Part shown: in pieces, positions 7,799 through 18,532 of the stretch
How positions within the stretch are numbered: the stretch's first letter is position 1
Layout: each line of letters opens with the position of its first letter
Program-made: the position numbers and the translations under genes
From: Candidatus Brocadiia bacterium
GTDB lineage: Bacteria > Planctomycetota > Brocadiia > SM23-32
Direction: 5' to 3'
DNA: 64,000 nt
Assembly (NCBI GenBank): GCA_046538485.1
Contig: JBKHIT010000018.1
Span: 1-64,000 of the forward strand
The notes under the pieces: generated by a model
Told to the model about the DNA's origin: nothing
The model's input: the letters and a program-made list of their open reading frames with translations, nothing else
The model's database searches: none

Positions 7799-9928
7799 TC
7801 AGCAAATGAGGTCTTGAGGTTCATACGGGTCCATGACGACTCCGAGTTTCTCGTCGTATCGGCCCAGCCACTCGTAGAGTCCCGGCCGCACCTGGGCGCA
7901 CAGGCCGTCCTGGAGTGCCTGCTCCAGCCGGTAGCTCCAGAGCATCACGGAATAGTTCTGTATCCGGCGGAAGTCCCGTCGGCTCATGTATTCCTTGTGC
8001 CGCATCTTCTCGGCGAGGGCCGTCCCCTCCTGCCATGGAACGATCACCGGATGAGTGTCGGAATTGATGAGGTGGAAACGGGCGGCGGTTTCGGGGAAAT
8101 CCAAGTCGGCGCGTCTCTCCAGGATGTCCTTCTCGTCGAGGTTTTGCACGTTGTAGAGGCGGGCGAAATAGTCCTGGAAGAGTTCCGGCGAATACATGTC
8201 GGCCGGCTGGAGGTCCGGAACGAGGATTTCGGTCAGATCGGCCGCGGTGCGGTAGGCGCCGGGCGGCATGCCGCCGTCCTCGGGTCGGAAGACGATGGCG
8301 CGGCCGCAGTCCAGTTTTCCCTCCCGGTTGCACCGGCCGGCGGCCTGGACGATGGAGTCCAGCGGGCCAAATGCCCGGTAAAGAACCGGGAAGTCGATGT
8401 CCACACCAGCTTCCACTACCTGGGTGCTGACCAGCCGGCACGGCAGGCTCGCGTCGAGCCTTTTCGTTACCACATCGAGTACCGCCTCGCGGTGGCTGGG
8501 GCACATGCTGCTGGAGAGGTGGAAAGTGGTCTCATCGGCCAGCAGTTGGTAGAGTTCTCCGGCGTCCTTCTTGGTGTTGACGATCGCCAGGACCTGTTCG
8601 TGGCCCGCGATGCGGTCGGCCACGTCCTCCCAGGGGATCTTTTCCCGGCGAGCGGGAAACTCGTAAGAGACGCGCTGGAAGTCCTCGAAGATGGCGTGGG
8701 CGCGGGGGGCGAGTTCGCGCACGCCGGTGAGGCCGCGGAATCCGGGACGGTCGGCGAAGGCCGGCTGGGTGGCGGTGGAGAAGACGAAACTCACGCCGTA
8801 CTGCTCATCGAGTTCTCGCATACCGTCGAGGATCGGATCGAGGAGGCCCGGGGGTAGGGTCTGCACCTCATCGAGGATCACGACGCTGCGGGTGATGTTG
8901 TGGAGTTTACGGCAGCGGGAGGGTTTGTTCGAGTGGAGGCTGTCGAAGAACTGCACTGAGGTGGTGACGATGATGGGGGCGTCCCAGTTCTCGGCGGCCA
9001 GGCGGTTCCAGTCCGATTCCTTGTCCGGATCGACGCTGCTGTGATGCTCGACAACAGAGTCTGCCCCGAAAATATCGCGGTAGACGTCGGCGGTCTGCTT
9101 GATGATGCTGGTGTAAGGGATCACCACGACGACGCGCTGCATATCGTGGTGGAGGGCGTGTTCGAGGGCGAATCCCATGCCCGTGTTGGTTTTCCCGCCG
9201 CCGGTGGGGACGCTGAGGCTGAAGAAGCCGGGCGGGAGGTCGGCGGAACCCGTCACCGAGTCGAAGATGCGGCCGCGGGCGGCGTTGAGCGGCGTGTCGG
9301 CATCGAAACGCCGCTGATACCGTTGGAACTTTGTGTGGAGGTCCTGGAGACCGATGTCAACGCCTCGCACCTCGGCTTGGTCCGGATTCATGTAGCGTTC
9401 GGTATCGAGGAAATCGGCATCGACGAGGCAGCTGAAGAGCATACGGACGAAGAACTCGCAGGATTTTCTTCTTTGCTTTTGAGAACCTTCGTCAATAAAA
9501 TCTGGTAGATCTATGTCAGAAGGCAATTCACGACAGACTGCTTGCGGCTTCGGAGCGTTGTTGTCAACGTGCTCAGCACCAGCAAGTGCTGATTTGACCG
9601 ACGCAACGTTAGGCAGACCTCCATGGTGGCCGAGGACAGGCATCGCGCCAATCTGTGGTCCCTTATCGGCAACAAAGACAGCGCCCGCGACCCTATGGTC
9701 CGGTCCCTTAGCCGTTTCTCCGGCCAAATACCTCTGCCATTCCGGGTTTGCTTTACCTAAGTCATGGCATTTGCCAAGCAACAGTCCCAACTGATCAGCT
9801 CCAAACACACTGGCAAAGTTAGCGCAAAGTTCGCCTACGTTTTCCAGGTGTTGGCCCAGCGTTTGCCATTGCCTGATGGGTACATCGTCCTTGGAGTGAG
9901 CATAAGGCCCCAAACTTTTTTCCCTCAA
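7799..9928 (-). CDS. cas3: Cas3 HD nuclease-helicase
   Basis: YAHS, HDLGK, HH and LVDAD (HD domain); VPTGGGKT, DEVQ, STAT and QAAGRCNR (SF2 helicase). Confidence 0.97.
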   Translation of the reverse strand: MREKSLGPYAHSKDDVPIRQWQTLGQHLENVGELCANFASVFGADQLGLLLGKCHDLGKANPEWQRYLAGETAKGPDHRVAGAVFVADKGPQIGAMPVLGHHGGLPNVASVKSALAGAEHVDNNAPKPQAVCRELPSDIDLPDFIDEGSQKQRRKSCEFFVRMLFSCLVDADFLDTERYMNPDQAEVRGVDIGLQDLHTKFQRYQRRFDADTPLNAARGRIFDSVTGSADLPPGFFSLSVPTGGGKTNTGMGFALEHALHHDMQRVVVVIPYTSIIKQTADVYRDIFGADSVVEHHSSVDPDKESDWNRLAAENWDAPIIVTTSVQFFDSLHSNKPSRCRKLHNITRSVVILDEVQTLPPGLLDPILDGMRELDEQYGVSFVFSTATQPAFADRPGFRGLTGVRELAPRAHAIFEDFQRVSYEFPARREKIPWEDVADRIAGHEQVLAIVNTKKDAGELYQLLADETTFHLSSSMCPSHREAVLDVVTKRLDASLPCRLVSTQVVEAGVDIDFPVLYRAFGPLDSIVQAAGRCNREGKLDCGRAIVFRPEDGGMPPGAYRTAADLTEILVPDLQPADMYSPELFQDYFARLYNVQNLDEKDILERRADLDFPETAARFHLINSDTHPVIVPWQEGTALAEKMRHKEYMSRRDFRRIQNYSVMLWSYRLEQALQDGLCAQVRPGLYEWLGRYDEKLGVVMDPYEPQDLIC

Positions 9929-10383
9929 AAAACCACCGCCTTCCGCCTGCGTCTTATTAGCCTATGCGAAGGGAATTCCGAAGGCAGTTTAAGCCTACCT
10001 CCTGACGAAATCAAACTCTCATCCACAAATAACCTTTTCTGACGATAAGGGCGTCAATCCATTTCTGTACTCCTGTCGTAAGACTCCGCAACAACCATGC
10101 CACTTTAGACTTTCTTTGACGTACAAATATAACCTGTTGCACAAAAAGATCTTACAAGTAAAAATTAAAATGTCCGAAGTGGGAATAATAACCAACCCAT
10201 CGTTTTTCTCCATCAATTATTGATTGACGTTATCACTGTTTGATATGTCCTCGTTTTCCGGCAACAGTCCAAACCACACCGTGCCAGTGAACAAATAATT
10301 CGCAACGTTCGCGGGATTGGAGCTGCTGGCGGAAAGGACACGCGAAAACGACCCACGATCAACTGCCCACTACCGACTTCTGG

Positions 10384-10500
10384 TCCGCAGATTACACAGA
10401 TTGCGCGGATTAAAGCCAACAGCAAGGAGGGGGATTACCGCGAACGGCGCCGGACTGCGAGCCGGGTCACAGGCTGGAGAGCCTGTGCCACATGGCCGCA
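10384..10500. repeat. REP-like intergenic remnants
   Basis: Tandem CGCAGATTACACAGATTGCGCGGATT near 10386 and palindrome CACAGGCT-GGAG-AGCCTGTG near 10468-10487. Confidence 0.4.
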
Positions 10501-10612
10501 ATGACTCCGGCAACGGCAAAAGATAAATACGACAAAAGGCAGACGCAACGCCGACAGATAAACACCAACCCCCATTTCTCACGAACCTAAAAGCAGTATT
10601 ATTCTAACCCGC

Positions 10613-11068
10613 TCATTTCGGCACCAGAAGCACAGGACAGGGGATTTCATCGATGATCAACTGTTTCTCCCGGCCCATCAACTCGGTTTTCACCGTTGTG
10701 GCGCGATACGTGCCCATGATTAGCAAATCGGCCTGTGTTTCTTTCTGTTTGTTGAGCACGCTCGTATGACAGGCCCCCCTTACCAGCGAAGTCCGATGTT
10801 CAACCTTCGCTTTGGAAGCGAGCTGGGCGACGTAATTCAGCTGTTTTTGAGCCGACTTCTCAAGGTCCTGTTCATATTGTTCCATCTCGTCTTCGACAAA
10901 TATACGGTTCTTAAGAAGCTGTTTGAGCGTGTGACTATCAACCACTGACAGTATCAACAAAGTCGCCTCTTCGTCCCCAGCAAGCGCAATCGCCGACCGG
11001 GCCGCTTCCATGCCCTCATCGGTACTTTCTGCCAGAAGCAGTATTTTGGAGAAAGTATGCTCAACCAT
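10613..11068 (-). CDS. Universal stress protein (Usp) family
   Basis: FSKILL, ADLLIMG and IPCPVLLV motifs; its start overlaps the stop of V-ATPase subunit D. Confidence 0.85.
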   Translation of the reverse strand: MVEHTFSKILLLAESTDEGMEAARSAIALAGDEEATLLILSVVDSHTLKQLLKNRIFVEDEMEQYEQDLEKSAQKQLNYVAQLASKAKVEHRTSLVRGACHTSVLNKQKETQADLLIMGTYRATTVKTELMGREKQLIIDEIPCPVLLVPK

Positions 11069-11729
11069 CTGCTTGCTCCTCGCTTTCTTCTCCAAGCAAC
11101 GATTCTTCGACGCTCCGGTGCATCCCCTTTACCTTTTTCATTATAACAATTTCCTCTCGTTCACGTTCTTCCAGAGCATCCTCAATAAAGTTCAACGTTT
11201 CCTCATACTGGGGGATAAAGGTATTCTCAAGCGCATTAACACGTCGTCTCGTGCGTTTGACTTCGTGGGCTAATCTCATAACGGCATTTTCCAGCTCGGC
11301 CAGGTCAATAATCGCTTCCAGCGCATCATGAAAACGCTCGCAAACCTCATCGACCCCCGCCGCTCCTCCTAACAGTCCAAAGGGGATGCCCTGAGGCTCG
11401 CACTGACAACTTATCTCCGGAATAGTCACCCCCATCACAGAGCGCGATTTTATCTTCACATGATGCCGGGGGCGGATACCCACTGCTTCCCTCAGCAACC
11501 GCTCCACGCCATCCGCACGTGCCGCCGAACGCAAGCTGTCATACGCCTTCTCCATGGCATTCCGAACCTCCTCCTGGGCCCGGCGGGCGGCCTCCATCTT
11601 ATCTGTGAGCTCCATCACCAAAATCTGCCTTTTTCTCTCAAGCAGATCGTACCCACGTTGCGCGTGTTCGAGACTATCCTGCATCTCCAGATAGTTACTT
11701 TTTGTCGGCGCAACGGCTTTTCGTGTCAT
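11061..11729 (-). CDS. atpD: V/A-type ATPase subunit D
   Basis: APTKSN, RGYDLLERKR and RTRRRVNALE motifs. Confidence 0.95.
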   Translation of the reverse strand: MTRKAVAPTKSNYLEMQDSLEHAQRGYDLLERKRQILVMELTDKMEAARRAQEEVRNAMEKAYDSLRSAARADGVERLLREAVGIRPRHHVKIKSRSVMGVTIPEISCQCEPQGIPFGLLGGAAGVDEVCERFHDALEAIIDLAELENAVMRLAHEVKRTRRRVNALENTFIPQYEETLNFIEDALEEREREEIVIMKKVKGMHRSVEESLLGEESEEQADG

Positions 11730-11783
11730 TATTTCCTCTTCAAGCTAAACCGGAACAAAATGGATAGCGGGAAAACATAAGTC

Positions 11784-13202
11784 TCACGATTCCGAATCCC
11801 CTTCTTCGTCTCGGCGGCCTTCACGACTGTAGTATTTCTCGATGAGGTCATTGCTGACCTGCGACAGTTCGCTCTCCGGCAGCATACCCGCCACATCCCA
11901 GGCCATATCAAGTGTCTGCTCGATCGTGCGATTCTCGTATTCACCCTGGGCGACATAATCACGTTCAAACGCATCAGCAAATTCGAGGTACATCTGATCC
12001 TGAGGCGAAAGCTCCTCTTCTCCGATCACAGATGCCAGCGCCCGCACATCCTCGGCGTCCGCATACGCCGAAAAAAGTTGTCCCGCGATATCCATATGAT
12101 CCTCCCGCGTGCTGTCGGCACCAACGCCATCCTTCATGAGACGCGACAGGCTGGGAAGGCCGGCCACCGGCGGATAAATACCCTTGTGGTCGAGGTCTCG
12201 CTGCATGACAATCTGTCCTTCTGTTATGTAACCGGTGAGATCCGGCACCGGATGCGAGATATCGTCGGAGGGCATCGTCAGTATCGGCATCAGGGTGATG
12301 GAACCATCCTTCCCTTTGATCCGGCCGGCCCGCTCGTACAGTTCAGCAAGGTCACTGTAGAGATAGCCCGGATAGCCTTTCCGTGTGGGGATCTGGCCGC
12401 GCGCGCAGGCGATCTCGCGGAGAGCATCGCAGTAATTCGTCATATCAGTCATCAGAACCAGCACGTGCATTTCGCGATCAAAAGCCAGGTGTTCGGCCAG
12501 CGTCAGGGCCGCTCTCGGCGCCATCATCTGCTCGACCCCCGGAGCATCTGCGGGGCTCAGGAAAAGGCCCACCCGGCTCAACACTCCCGTGTTTTCGAAT
12601 GACCGCCTGAAGAACTGAGCCACATCATTTTTAACTCCCATTGCGGACATAATGAGCGCGAACCGCGTCTCCTCCCCGCGCAGAGTAGCCTGGCGGACGA
12701 TCTGGGCGGCCAGATCGTTATGGGGCAACCCGGATCCGCTGAAAATCGGCAATTTCTGCCCGCGGATCAAACTGTTCGAGCCGTCGATGACACTCACACC
12801 CGTCTGGATGAATTCGCGCGGGTATTCCCGCGCGGCCGGATTGATGGGTTGACCGTGGACGTCCCGCAATTCCCCCCCCAACGGCGGAGGCCCGCCGTCG
12901 ATCGGTTCCCCGAGCCCGTTGAAAGTACGGCCCAGCATCGCTTCACTGACTCGAATCGAGACCGGTCGCCCGGTGAACCGCACTCTCGTGCCTTCGTTGG
13001 CCAATCCGGAACTTCCTTCGAGCACCTGTACGACAGCGATATCTCCGCTCAGTTCCAGCACTGTTCCCCGGCGCAGGTTGCCCTGCTCGTCCCGCACTTC
13101 CACCAGCTCGTCGTAACCGACCCCCTGGACCCCTCGCACGAAAATCAGGGGGCCGTCCATTCGTTCCAGGCCAACATACTGCACCGGTCGGTCGATGATC
13201 AC
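11784..13202 (-). CDS. atpB: V/A-type ATPase subunit B
   Basis: [28 protein letters not shown] and [15 protein letters not shown] motifs. Confidence 0.97.
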   Translation of the reverse strand: MIIDRPVQYVGLERMDGPLIFVRGVQGVGYDELVEVRDEQGNLRRGTVLELSGDIAVVQVLEGSSGLANEGTRVRFTGRPVSIRVSEAMLGRTFNGLGEPIDGGPPPLGGELRDVHGQPINPAAREYPREFIQTGVSVIDGSNSLIRGQKLPIFSGSGLPHNDLAAQIVRQATLRGEETRFALIMSAMGVKNDVAQFFRRSFENTGVLSRVGLFLSPADAPGVEQMMAPRAALTLAEHLAFDREMHVLVLMTDMTNYCDALREIACARGQIPTRKGYPGYLYSDLAELYERAGRIKGKDGSITLMPILTMPSDDISHPVPDLTGYITEGQIVMQRDLDHKGIYPPVAGLPSLSRLMKDGVGADSTREDHMDIAGQLFSAYADAEDVRALASVIGEEELSPQDQMYLEFADAFERDYVAQGEYENRTIEQTLDMAWDVAGMLPESELSQVSNDLIEKYYSREGRRDEEGDSES

Positions 13203-14986
13203 TGGTAGTTCGCCTCCAATTCGTCCAGCTGTTTCCGCACTTTATCGTTCAGTTCCTGGAGACCTTCTTCATCCTCATTTTCGATGTGGAACCGCGCCCG
13301 CTGCAATTCGCCGACGACATCCAGTTCCTGAAGGCGCATAATGGGCGCACCGGCCGATATGATTTCTTTGGCCCGCCGGTAAAACGTCATGATGGCTCGC
13401 AAAAACGCGGCCTGGCGTTTCGGATCGCAGAAAGAGTCGACATCGTTAAAAGCGTCCTGTTGCAGGAATCCACGCTTGAGAGTTTCAGCACAAAGCAGGC
13501 TCAATCTCTGTTCATCCGGCAACACATCACGCCCCACCAATTTAACGATCTCCTGCAGCCGATCATATTCCTGGAGAAGATTTATGCCATCCCGGCGCAG
13601 ACTTGCCCAATCAGATTCTATCTTCCCCCACCAATCCGCGATTTCATCGACGTATTCGCTGTAACTCTGATCCCAATTCACCGCGGGGAAATGGCGCGCG
13701 TACGCCAGGTCTCTGTCGAGCACCCAGAAACACCGCACGAAACGTTTTGTGTGCTGGGTCACCGGTTCGCTGAAATCTCCGGCGGGCGGGCTGACCGACC
13801 CGACCACCGTCACGCTCCCTTTATCGCCCCCAAGTGTTTCCACAAATCCGGCCCGCTCATAAAATTCTGCAAGTCTCTTGCTCAAATACGCGGGGAATCC
13901 TTCCTCGGCCGGCATTTCCTCGAGTCGGCTGCTGACCTCGCGCAAAGCCTCAGCCCAGCGGCTCGTCGAATCCGCCATAAGCGCGACATCGTATCCCATA
14001 TCGCGGAAATATTCGGCCACGGTAACGCCGCTGTAAATCGATATCTCACGCGCGGCGACGGGCATATTCGAAGTATTGGCGATCAAAACCGTGCGTTCCA
14101 TCAACGAACGCCCCGTTCTCGGGTCCTGAAGATCCGGGAAAACACGCAGGATGTCCGTCATCTCGTTGCCGCGTTCCCCGCATCCCACGTAGATGACCAC
14201 GTCGGCATCGCTCCATTTCGCCAGTTGCTGCTGGACGACCGTTTTCCCGGTTCCGAAATCGCCGGGGACGGCCGCCGAACCCCCCCGCACGATGGGAAAC
14301 ATCGTATCCAGCACACGCTGCCCGGTAATCAACGGCTCGGTCGGACGCAGGCGTTCGCCGAAGGGGCGCGCCTCGCGGCAGGGCCATACCTGCACCATAT
14401 CCAGTTCGTATTCTTCCCCGTCCTGCGCCTGAATTACACAGACAATTTCTTCGACCGTATATTCACCGGTCTCCCGAATATGCGTCACTTTTCCCGCACA
14501 AGCTCTGGGAACCATCAATCGATGTTCTATGGATTCGGTCTCCTGAACCGTTCCAAAGATCTGGCCTTCTTCCACATTATCGCCTTCCTCGACATTCGCC
14601 TCAAATTCCCATTCTTTTGCTTTATCGAGCGGGAAAGCTTTGGCACCACGCTTGATGAAAGGGCCTAATTTTTCTTGAAAAGTGCCCAGCGGATGCTGAA
14701 TGCCATCGTAGATTCCTCCGAGCATGCCGGGGCCCAGCTGCAAGGAAAGCGGTCGGCCTTTTCGTTTTACCTCCATCCCGGGTTCAAGGCCGCCCGTGTG
14801 TTCATAAACCTGAATAGTGGCTCGGCCGCCGCTGACCTTGATAACTTCGCCGATAAGGCCATCCGGGCCGACTTCGACAACTTCATACATCATGGCCCGT
14901 TCCATACCTTCGGCCTCGACGATAGGCCCGGAGACACGGCAAATTTTGCCGCTTTCCAGATTTTGTTCTGCTACAGTTTCAGTCAT
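13199..14986 (-). CDS. atpA: V/A-type ATPase catalytic subunit A
   Basis: Walker [30 protein letters not shown] and [13 protein letters not shown] motifs. Confidence 0.97.
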   Translation of the reverse strand: MTETVAEQNLESGKICRVSGPIVEAEGMERAMMYEVVEVGPDGLIGEVIKVSGGRATIQVYEHTGGLEPGMEVKRKGRPLSLQLGPGMLGGIYDGIQHPLGTFQEKLGPFIKRGAKAFPLDKAKEWEFEANVEEGDNVEEGQIFGTVQETESIEHRLMVPRACAGKVTHIRETGEYTVEEIVCVIQAQDGEEYELDMVQVWPCREARPFGERLRPTEPLITGQRVLDTMFPIVRGGSAAVPGDFGTGKTVVQQQLAKWSDADVVIYVGCGERGNEMTDILRVFPDLQDPRTGRSLMERTVLIANTSNMPVAAREISIYSGVTVAEYFRDMGYDVALMADSTSRWAEALREVSSRLEEMPAEEGFPAYLSKRLAEFYERAGFVETLGGDKGSVTVVGSVSPPAGDFSEPVTQHTKRFVRCFWVLDRDLAYARHFPAVNWDQSYSEYVDEIADWWGKIESDWASLRRDGINLLQEYDRLQEIVKLVGRDVLPDEQRLSLLCAETLKRGFLQQDAFNDVDSFCDPKRQAAFLRAIMTFYRRAKEIISAGAPIMRLQELDVVGELQRARFHIENEDEEGLQELNDKVRKQLDELEANYQ

Positions 14987-15032
14987 TCTGAGGCCACTTT
15001 CCGGTTTTTACCCGCGGTTTTTCTTGCCGCAA

Positions 15033-15680
15033 TTACGCTCCTTCTGTATCGTCTTCAGGTTTTTCCTGTTCGAACAAAACCTCGGCGGCCTCTTGCCGTA
15101 ACTGAGGCCAGAGCCGATCCAGACGGTTCTCAAAAGTCTGCTCACAAATCTGGCTACCATCCTCACGTTGTATAACAACTCCTCCAACGACCGATATCGT
15201 TTCATCGGCCAGATTAATGGTGACCTGCCGACCGAGTTCGTTGGCGGCCCGTTCCCGCACAGCTCCCCGGATCTTATCGCCTAATTTCTCCCGATCATCG
15301 TCTCTCATAACGAGTTCAAAACGCCGTCCGGTCATCCCGGAGATGGCGGCGCAGGAAAGTTCAATAAGAGCTTTTTCGTAATCTCCATTACTTCTGAGAT
15401 CCTCGAGGGTCTGCAGCACCCGATCTCGGATTTCATCCAGAATATCTTCCCGGGCGTTGCGCTCGATATTCGCCTTTTCCAGATTGAGGCGGGCTTTCAA
15501 TCTTTGAACTTCATTTTTCGCGCGCTCACGGGCTTGCTGGAGGATATCTTCTTTGCGCTCTTCAGCCTCCTCTTGGGCCTTTTCTACGATTTCGTCGGCT
15601 TCTTTCCGGGCCCGCTTTTTGATAGGCTCGGCCTGCTGCCGCGCGTCTTCGAGAATCTGTTCTGAAAGTGCGCCGCTCAT
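15033..15680 (-). CDS. atpE: V/A-type ATPase subunit E
   Basis: N-terminal charged coiled coil; GGVVI...TFENRL; position in the operon. Confidence 0.9.
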   Translation of the reverse strand: MSGALSEQILEDARQQAEPIKKRARKEADEIVEKAQEEAEERKEDILQQARERAKNEVQRLKARLNLEKANIERNAREDILDEIRDRVLQTLEDLRSNGDYEKALIELSCAAISGMTGRRFELVMRDDDREKLGDKIRGAVRERAANELGRQVTINLADETISVVGGVVIQREDGSQICEQTFENRLDRLWPQLRQEAAEVLFEQEKPEDDTEGA

Positions 15681-15736
15681 TATGTTTTCCCGATATCCTC
15701 GTTAGCCTTACGTCTGTGGTAACTCTCTAATCGTTT

Positions 15737-16045
15737 TCAATCTCCGAAACTTATCCCGACCGCTTCTCGGATAAGGCGAAAGAGCGAAGGACCTTCTTCC
15801 GACGGGCCTTCGGGACCAGGTATTTCGACGATCAACGGAAGTTCTTCGTTGTAACGAATCCGGTCGATGTCATCCCGCACCCAATCCGCCACTCTCTCTG
15901 GAACGATCAGGATCACCTCTTTTTCCTTTTCCACCCTGCGGAGCGCTTTTTCGGCCGTTTCCGGGTCGTCCGCAATATGGCCTTCGATACCGGCCATGCG
16001 GAAACCAAGCACCGTATCGGCATCGCCCAGCGCGCAGATTCGCAT
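15737..16045 (-). CDS. atpF: V/A-type ATPase subunit F
   Basis: GDADTVLGFRMAGI, PLIVEIP and IREAVG motifs. Confidence 0.92.
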   Translation of the reverse strand: MRICALGDADTVLGFRMAGIEGHIADDPETAEKALRRVEKEKEVILIVPERVADWVRDDIDRIRYNEELPLIVEIPGPEGPSEEGPSLFRLIREAVGISFGD

Positions 16046-16087
16046 AATAAAGGCTCCTGATCCCGGGCAGGGCAAGAACGTCTTACT

Positions 16088-16444
16088 TTAAAGTCTCATC
16101 CACAGCAAAACGCCGATCAGCAGACCGTAGATCGCAATCCCTTCGGCCAGAGCAACAAACAGAAGGCTCCGGGTCAGAAGATCCGGGTTCTCGCTGGCGG
16201 CCCCCAGCGCGGCGGAACCTATTCGTCCGACGGCATAGGCGGCGCCAAGACACGGCAGGCCGACTGCCACCGCAATCGCCCAGGCCAGATGGAGACTGGT
16301 GGGGTTTTGCTGCTCAACCACCGTTTCTTTCTCTGGTGTCTCCGCCTCACCGGCGATGGCGGAAGCGGGACCAAACCAGCAGGCGGCTCCCAGAACCAGA
16401 CCGACCAAAATCAAGATCTGACAACTCCTTTTTCGACTTAACAT
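16088..16444 (-). CDS. atpK: V/A-type ATPase subunit K (c, proteolipid) with an N-terminal signal-like extension
   Basis: GAAYAVGRIGSAALGA and FVALAEGIAIYG with the essential Glu. Confidence 0.93.
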   Translation of the reverse strand: MLSRKRSCQILILVGLVLGAACWFGPASAIAGEAETPEKETVVEQQNPTSLHLAWAIAVAVGLPCLGAAYAVGRIGSAALGAASENPDLLTRSLLFVALAEGIAIYGLLIGVLLWMRL

Positions 16445-16494
16445 GAAACTCTCCTTCGTGCTCTCTTACTTTTCTGCAGCGATCCGGGGCACAC

Positions 16495-18513
16495 CTATTG
16501 GTTCTGTTCGAGCTGAAACGGCGAATATTTGTGCCCATCGCCGCGGAAAAATTTCGTAAAAAATTCGTAGTATTCCAGACGGAAGATCTGAATGGCCACA
16601 ATCAGCCCTTCCAGACCGATGATGACCGCGGTCCCGGCCACAAAAATCAGAGCCGCCCAAATCGGCGACGCGGGCAGCTCCTGGATGGGTTTTTGAAGAA
16701 TGCAAATTGTAAAACACAGCGCCACATGGCTCAAAGCAAACGCCGCCACCCTGAGAAAAGAAAAGGTATTCGCTAAAAATGTCATAACGGTCTCCAGTGC
16801 TTCGACAACCCCTTCAAAAAGACCGACAACTGCGCTTTCTCCCCCTTCTGCCCCTTTTCCCAACAATATCAGTATTGGCTGGTGCAACGCCAAAACAAGC
16901 AACGGGACAAGGATAAAGCCCAGAATCATGTATAAATCCAGAGTGCCTTTCCCCACCACAACGATTTTGACGATCGTCCCGAGTGTGCCCCAGTAGAAGA
17001 CCATACCGGCAATACCAAACCGCCCGAGAAATCCCTGCTCATATTCGCCGGCCCGGAGTCGACTGATAATGTTGAGCAAAACACCAAGACTGATCAGCGT
17101 CACTCCGAATCCCACCGCAATCAGCATGTATCGAATGATCTGGTCGGCCGCCCCCGCGGTTCCGCCCTCAAAATTGATGGGTTCAAGCCCCAGGGTCAGA
17201 GGCCAACCCATCTCCGTGAGACTTTGCCCGAAAAACGAGCCCTGAAAAAAGGTCCCGAAAAGTGCACTGGCTATCCCTGCGCAGCCAATGACAAATCCGA
17301 CATCTTGAACCTCCGCCCGATCGGCGATTTTGTATGTCACAATCCCAATGGCCAGCAGACAGAGCCCGTGTCCGAGATCACCGAAGATCACCCCGAACAT
17401 CAGAAGAAAACTGACGGCGAAAAGAATCGTCGGCTCGATTTCTTCATATCCCGGCACGCCGAATCCCTGGACGAGCCGCTGAAAAGGCTGCAACCATCCG
17501 GGCAGACGGGTATAAGTGGGCACTTTGCCGGAGTCAATTTCCTCCTCCGTGGCTTCGCGCGTCTCGCAAATCGCGTTACCGTCCGTCACTCTGTCAATCG
17601 CGTTTCGCACGCGCCCGATCTGCTCTTCGGGGGACCAGCCTGTAATGATTGCGGTCGCCCAGGTGGATCCGTATTTTTGTTCGGCCTGGCTGATCCGTAG
17701 CTGGCGGATCACAGACCGATACGCAGCTCTGAGTTCTGCGGCGTTCGTTTTCCCCAGCTCGCGCAATGGTTCCTGCATCTCTTCTCGTTGCTCTTTAAGC
17801 TCATCGCGTTCTTCCCGCGCTCTGTCGTAAATCGCCGCCGGCGCCGCCTCGTAATCTCTGGGCAACTTTTGTTCTTCGAACTGATAATCTTCCAGAATGG
17901 TCCGGAGGGCAAAACGGCTCCGACGGCTGCTCAGGGCCAGGACTCGGTGAACCGTCGCGCCCGCCCCTTCCGGTTTAACGGGTTCGCCGATTGAAACGAC
18001 CACAGCATCATCAGGCAGTTCCTTCTGTGCGCCGGGAATCCGTTTTGCCGGCATGTCGCCGGCAGTTACGTGCAAAAACGAAGTTTCCGAAAGCTCCTGC
18101 GGCGAGACTTCCAGATCGCGGTACGGCAACACACGATCCATTACGTCTTTGGCCTGCGCAATTTCTTCTTCCAGATCTTTCAGCGCATCTTCAACCGGCT
18201 GGATTCGGCTTTCGATATCTCCAACCAGCCGCTCAATGCCGTCCAGGTCAGCCGGTTTCCTCTCTCCTTCCGACTCTATCAACCCTTCGTGATCGACTTC
18301 CAGGCGGTCCATGGCTTTCTCCAGCCGCCTTTTCAGCCCCTCACACCGCTCAGCGCGTTGCTCAAGCTCTTCTCTCACCTCACGGCCCTCCTGTCCCTCT
18401 TCGGCCTGCGAAAGTTCAACGGCCCCCAATCGTCCCAGCGTTTCAGTAACAACATCCACCTGACGCTTCAGGACGATAATCCGGATGCGTTGCATGTGCA
18501 CGTGGACGAGCAT
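16495..18513 (-). CDS. atpI: V/A-type ATPase subunit I (a)
   Basis: PGYEEIEPT, FGDLGHG, NTFSFLRVAAFALSH (essential Arg) and RLEYYEFFTKFF motifs. Confidence 0.95.
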   Translation of the reverse strand: MLVHVHMQRIRIIVLKRQVDVVTETLGRLGAVELSQAEEGQEGREVREELEQRAERCEGLKRRLEKAMDRLEVDHEGLIESEGERKPADLDGIERLVGDIESRIQPVEDALKDLEEEIAQAKDVMDRVLPYRDLEVSPQELSETSFLHVTAGDMPAKRIPGAQKELPDDAVVVSIGEPVKPEGAGATVHRVLALSSRRSRFALRTILEDYQFEEQKLPRDYEAAPAAIYDRAREERDELKEQREEMQEPLRELGKTNAAELRAAYRSVIRQLRISQAEQKYGSTWATAIITGWSPEEQIGRVRNAIDRVTDGNAICETREATEEEIDSGKVPTYTRLPGWLQPFQRLVQGFGVPGYEEIEPTILFAVSFLLMFGVIFGDLGHGLCLLAIGIVTYKIADRAEVQDVGFVIGCAGIASALFGTFFQGSFFGQSLTEMGWPLTLGLEPINFEGGTAGAADQIIRYMLIAVGFGVTLISLGVLLNIISRLRAGEYEQGFLGRFGIAGMVFYWGTLGTIVKIVVVGKGTLDLYMILGFILVPLLVLALHQPILILLGKGAEGGESAVVGLFEGVVEALETVMTFLANTFSFLRVAAFALSHVALCFTICILQKPIQELPASPIWAALIFVAGTAVIIGLEGLIVAIQIFRLEYYEFFTKFFRGDGHKYSPFQLEQNQ

Positions 18514-18532
18514 TTTTGAACTTTCTTTCCAC

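Noticed and set aside
9929..10030. Fluoride-riboswitch-like TAAACTGCC...GGCTAAT upstream of cas3 (minus strand)
   Set aside because: The 5' GGNGAUG P1 stem is missing and the downstream gene is unrelated to fluoride.
10050..10075. GTCAATCC resembling a degenerate CRISPR repeat (CreTA-like mini-array)
   Set aside because: No hairpin and no second repeat at spacer distance.
10205..10235. Spacer 2186-2219 shares CAATTATTGA with the region upstream of cas3 (possible autoregulation)
   Set aside because: Only 10 nt of AT-rich match, outside the seed, with no supporting PAM.
7499..14668. Long + strand ORFs (7499-8857, 13286-14668) opposite cas3 and atpA
   Set aside because: Antisense shadow ORFs from codon bias; no recognisable motifs.
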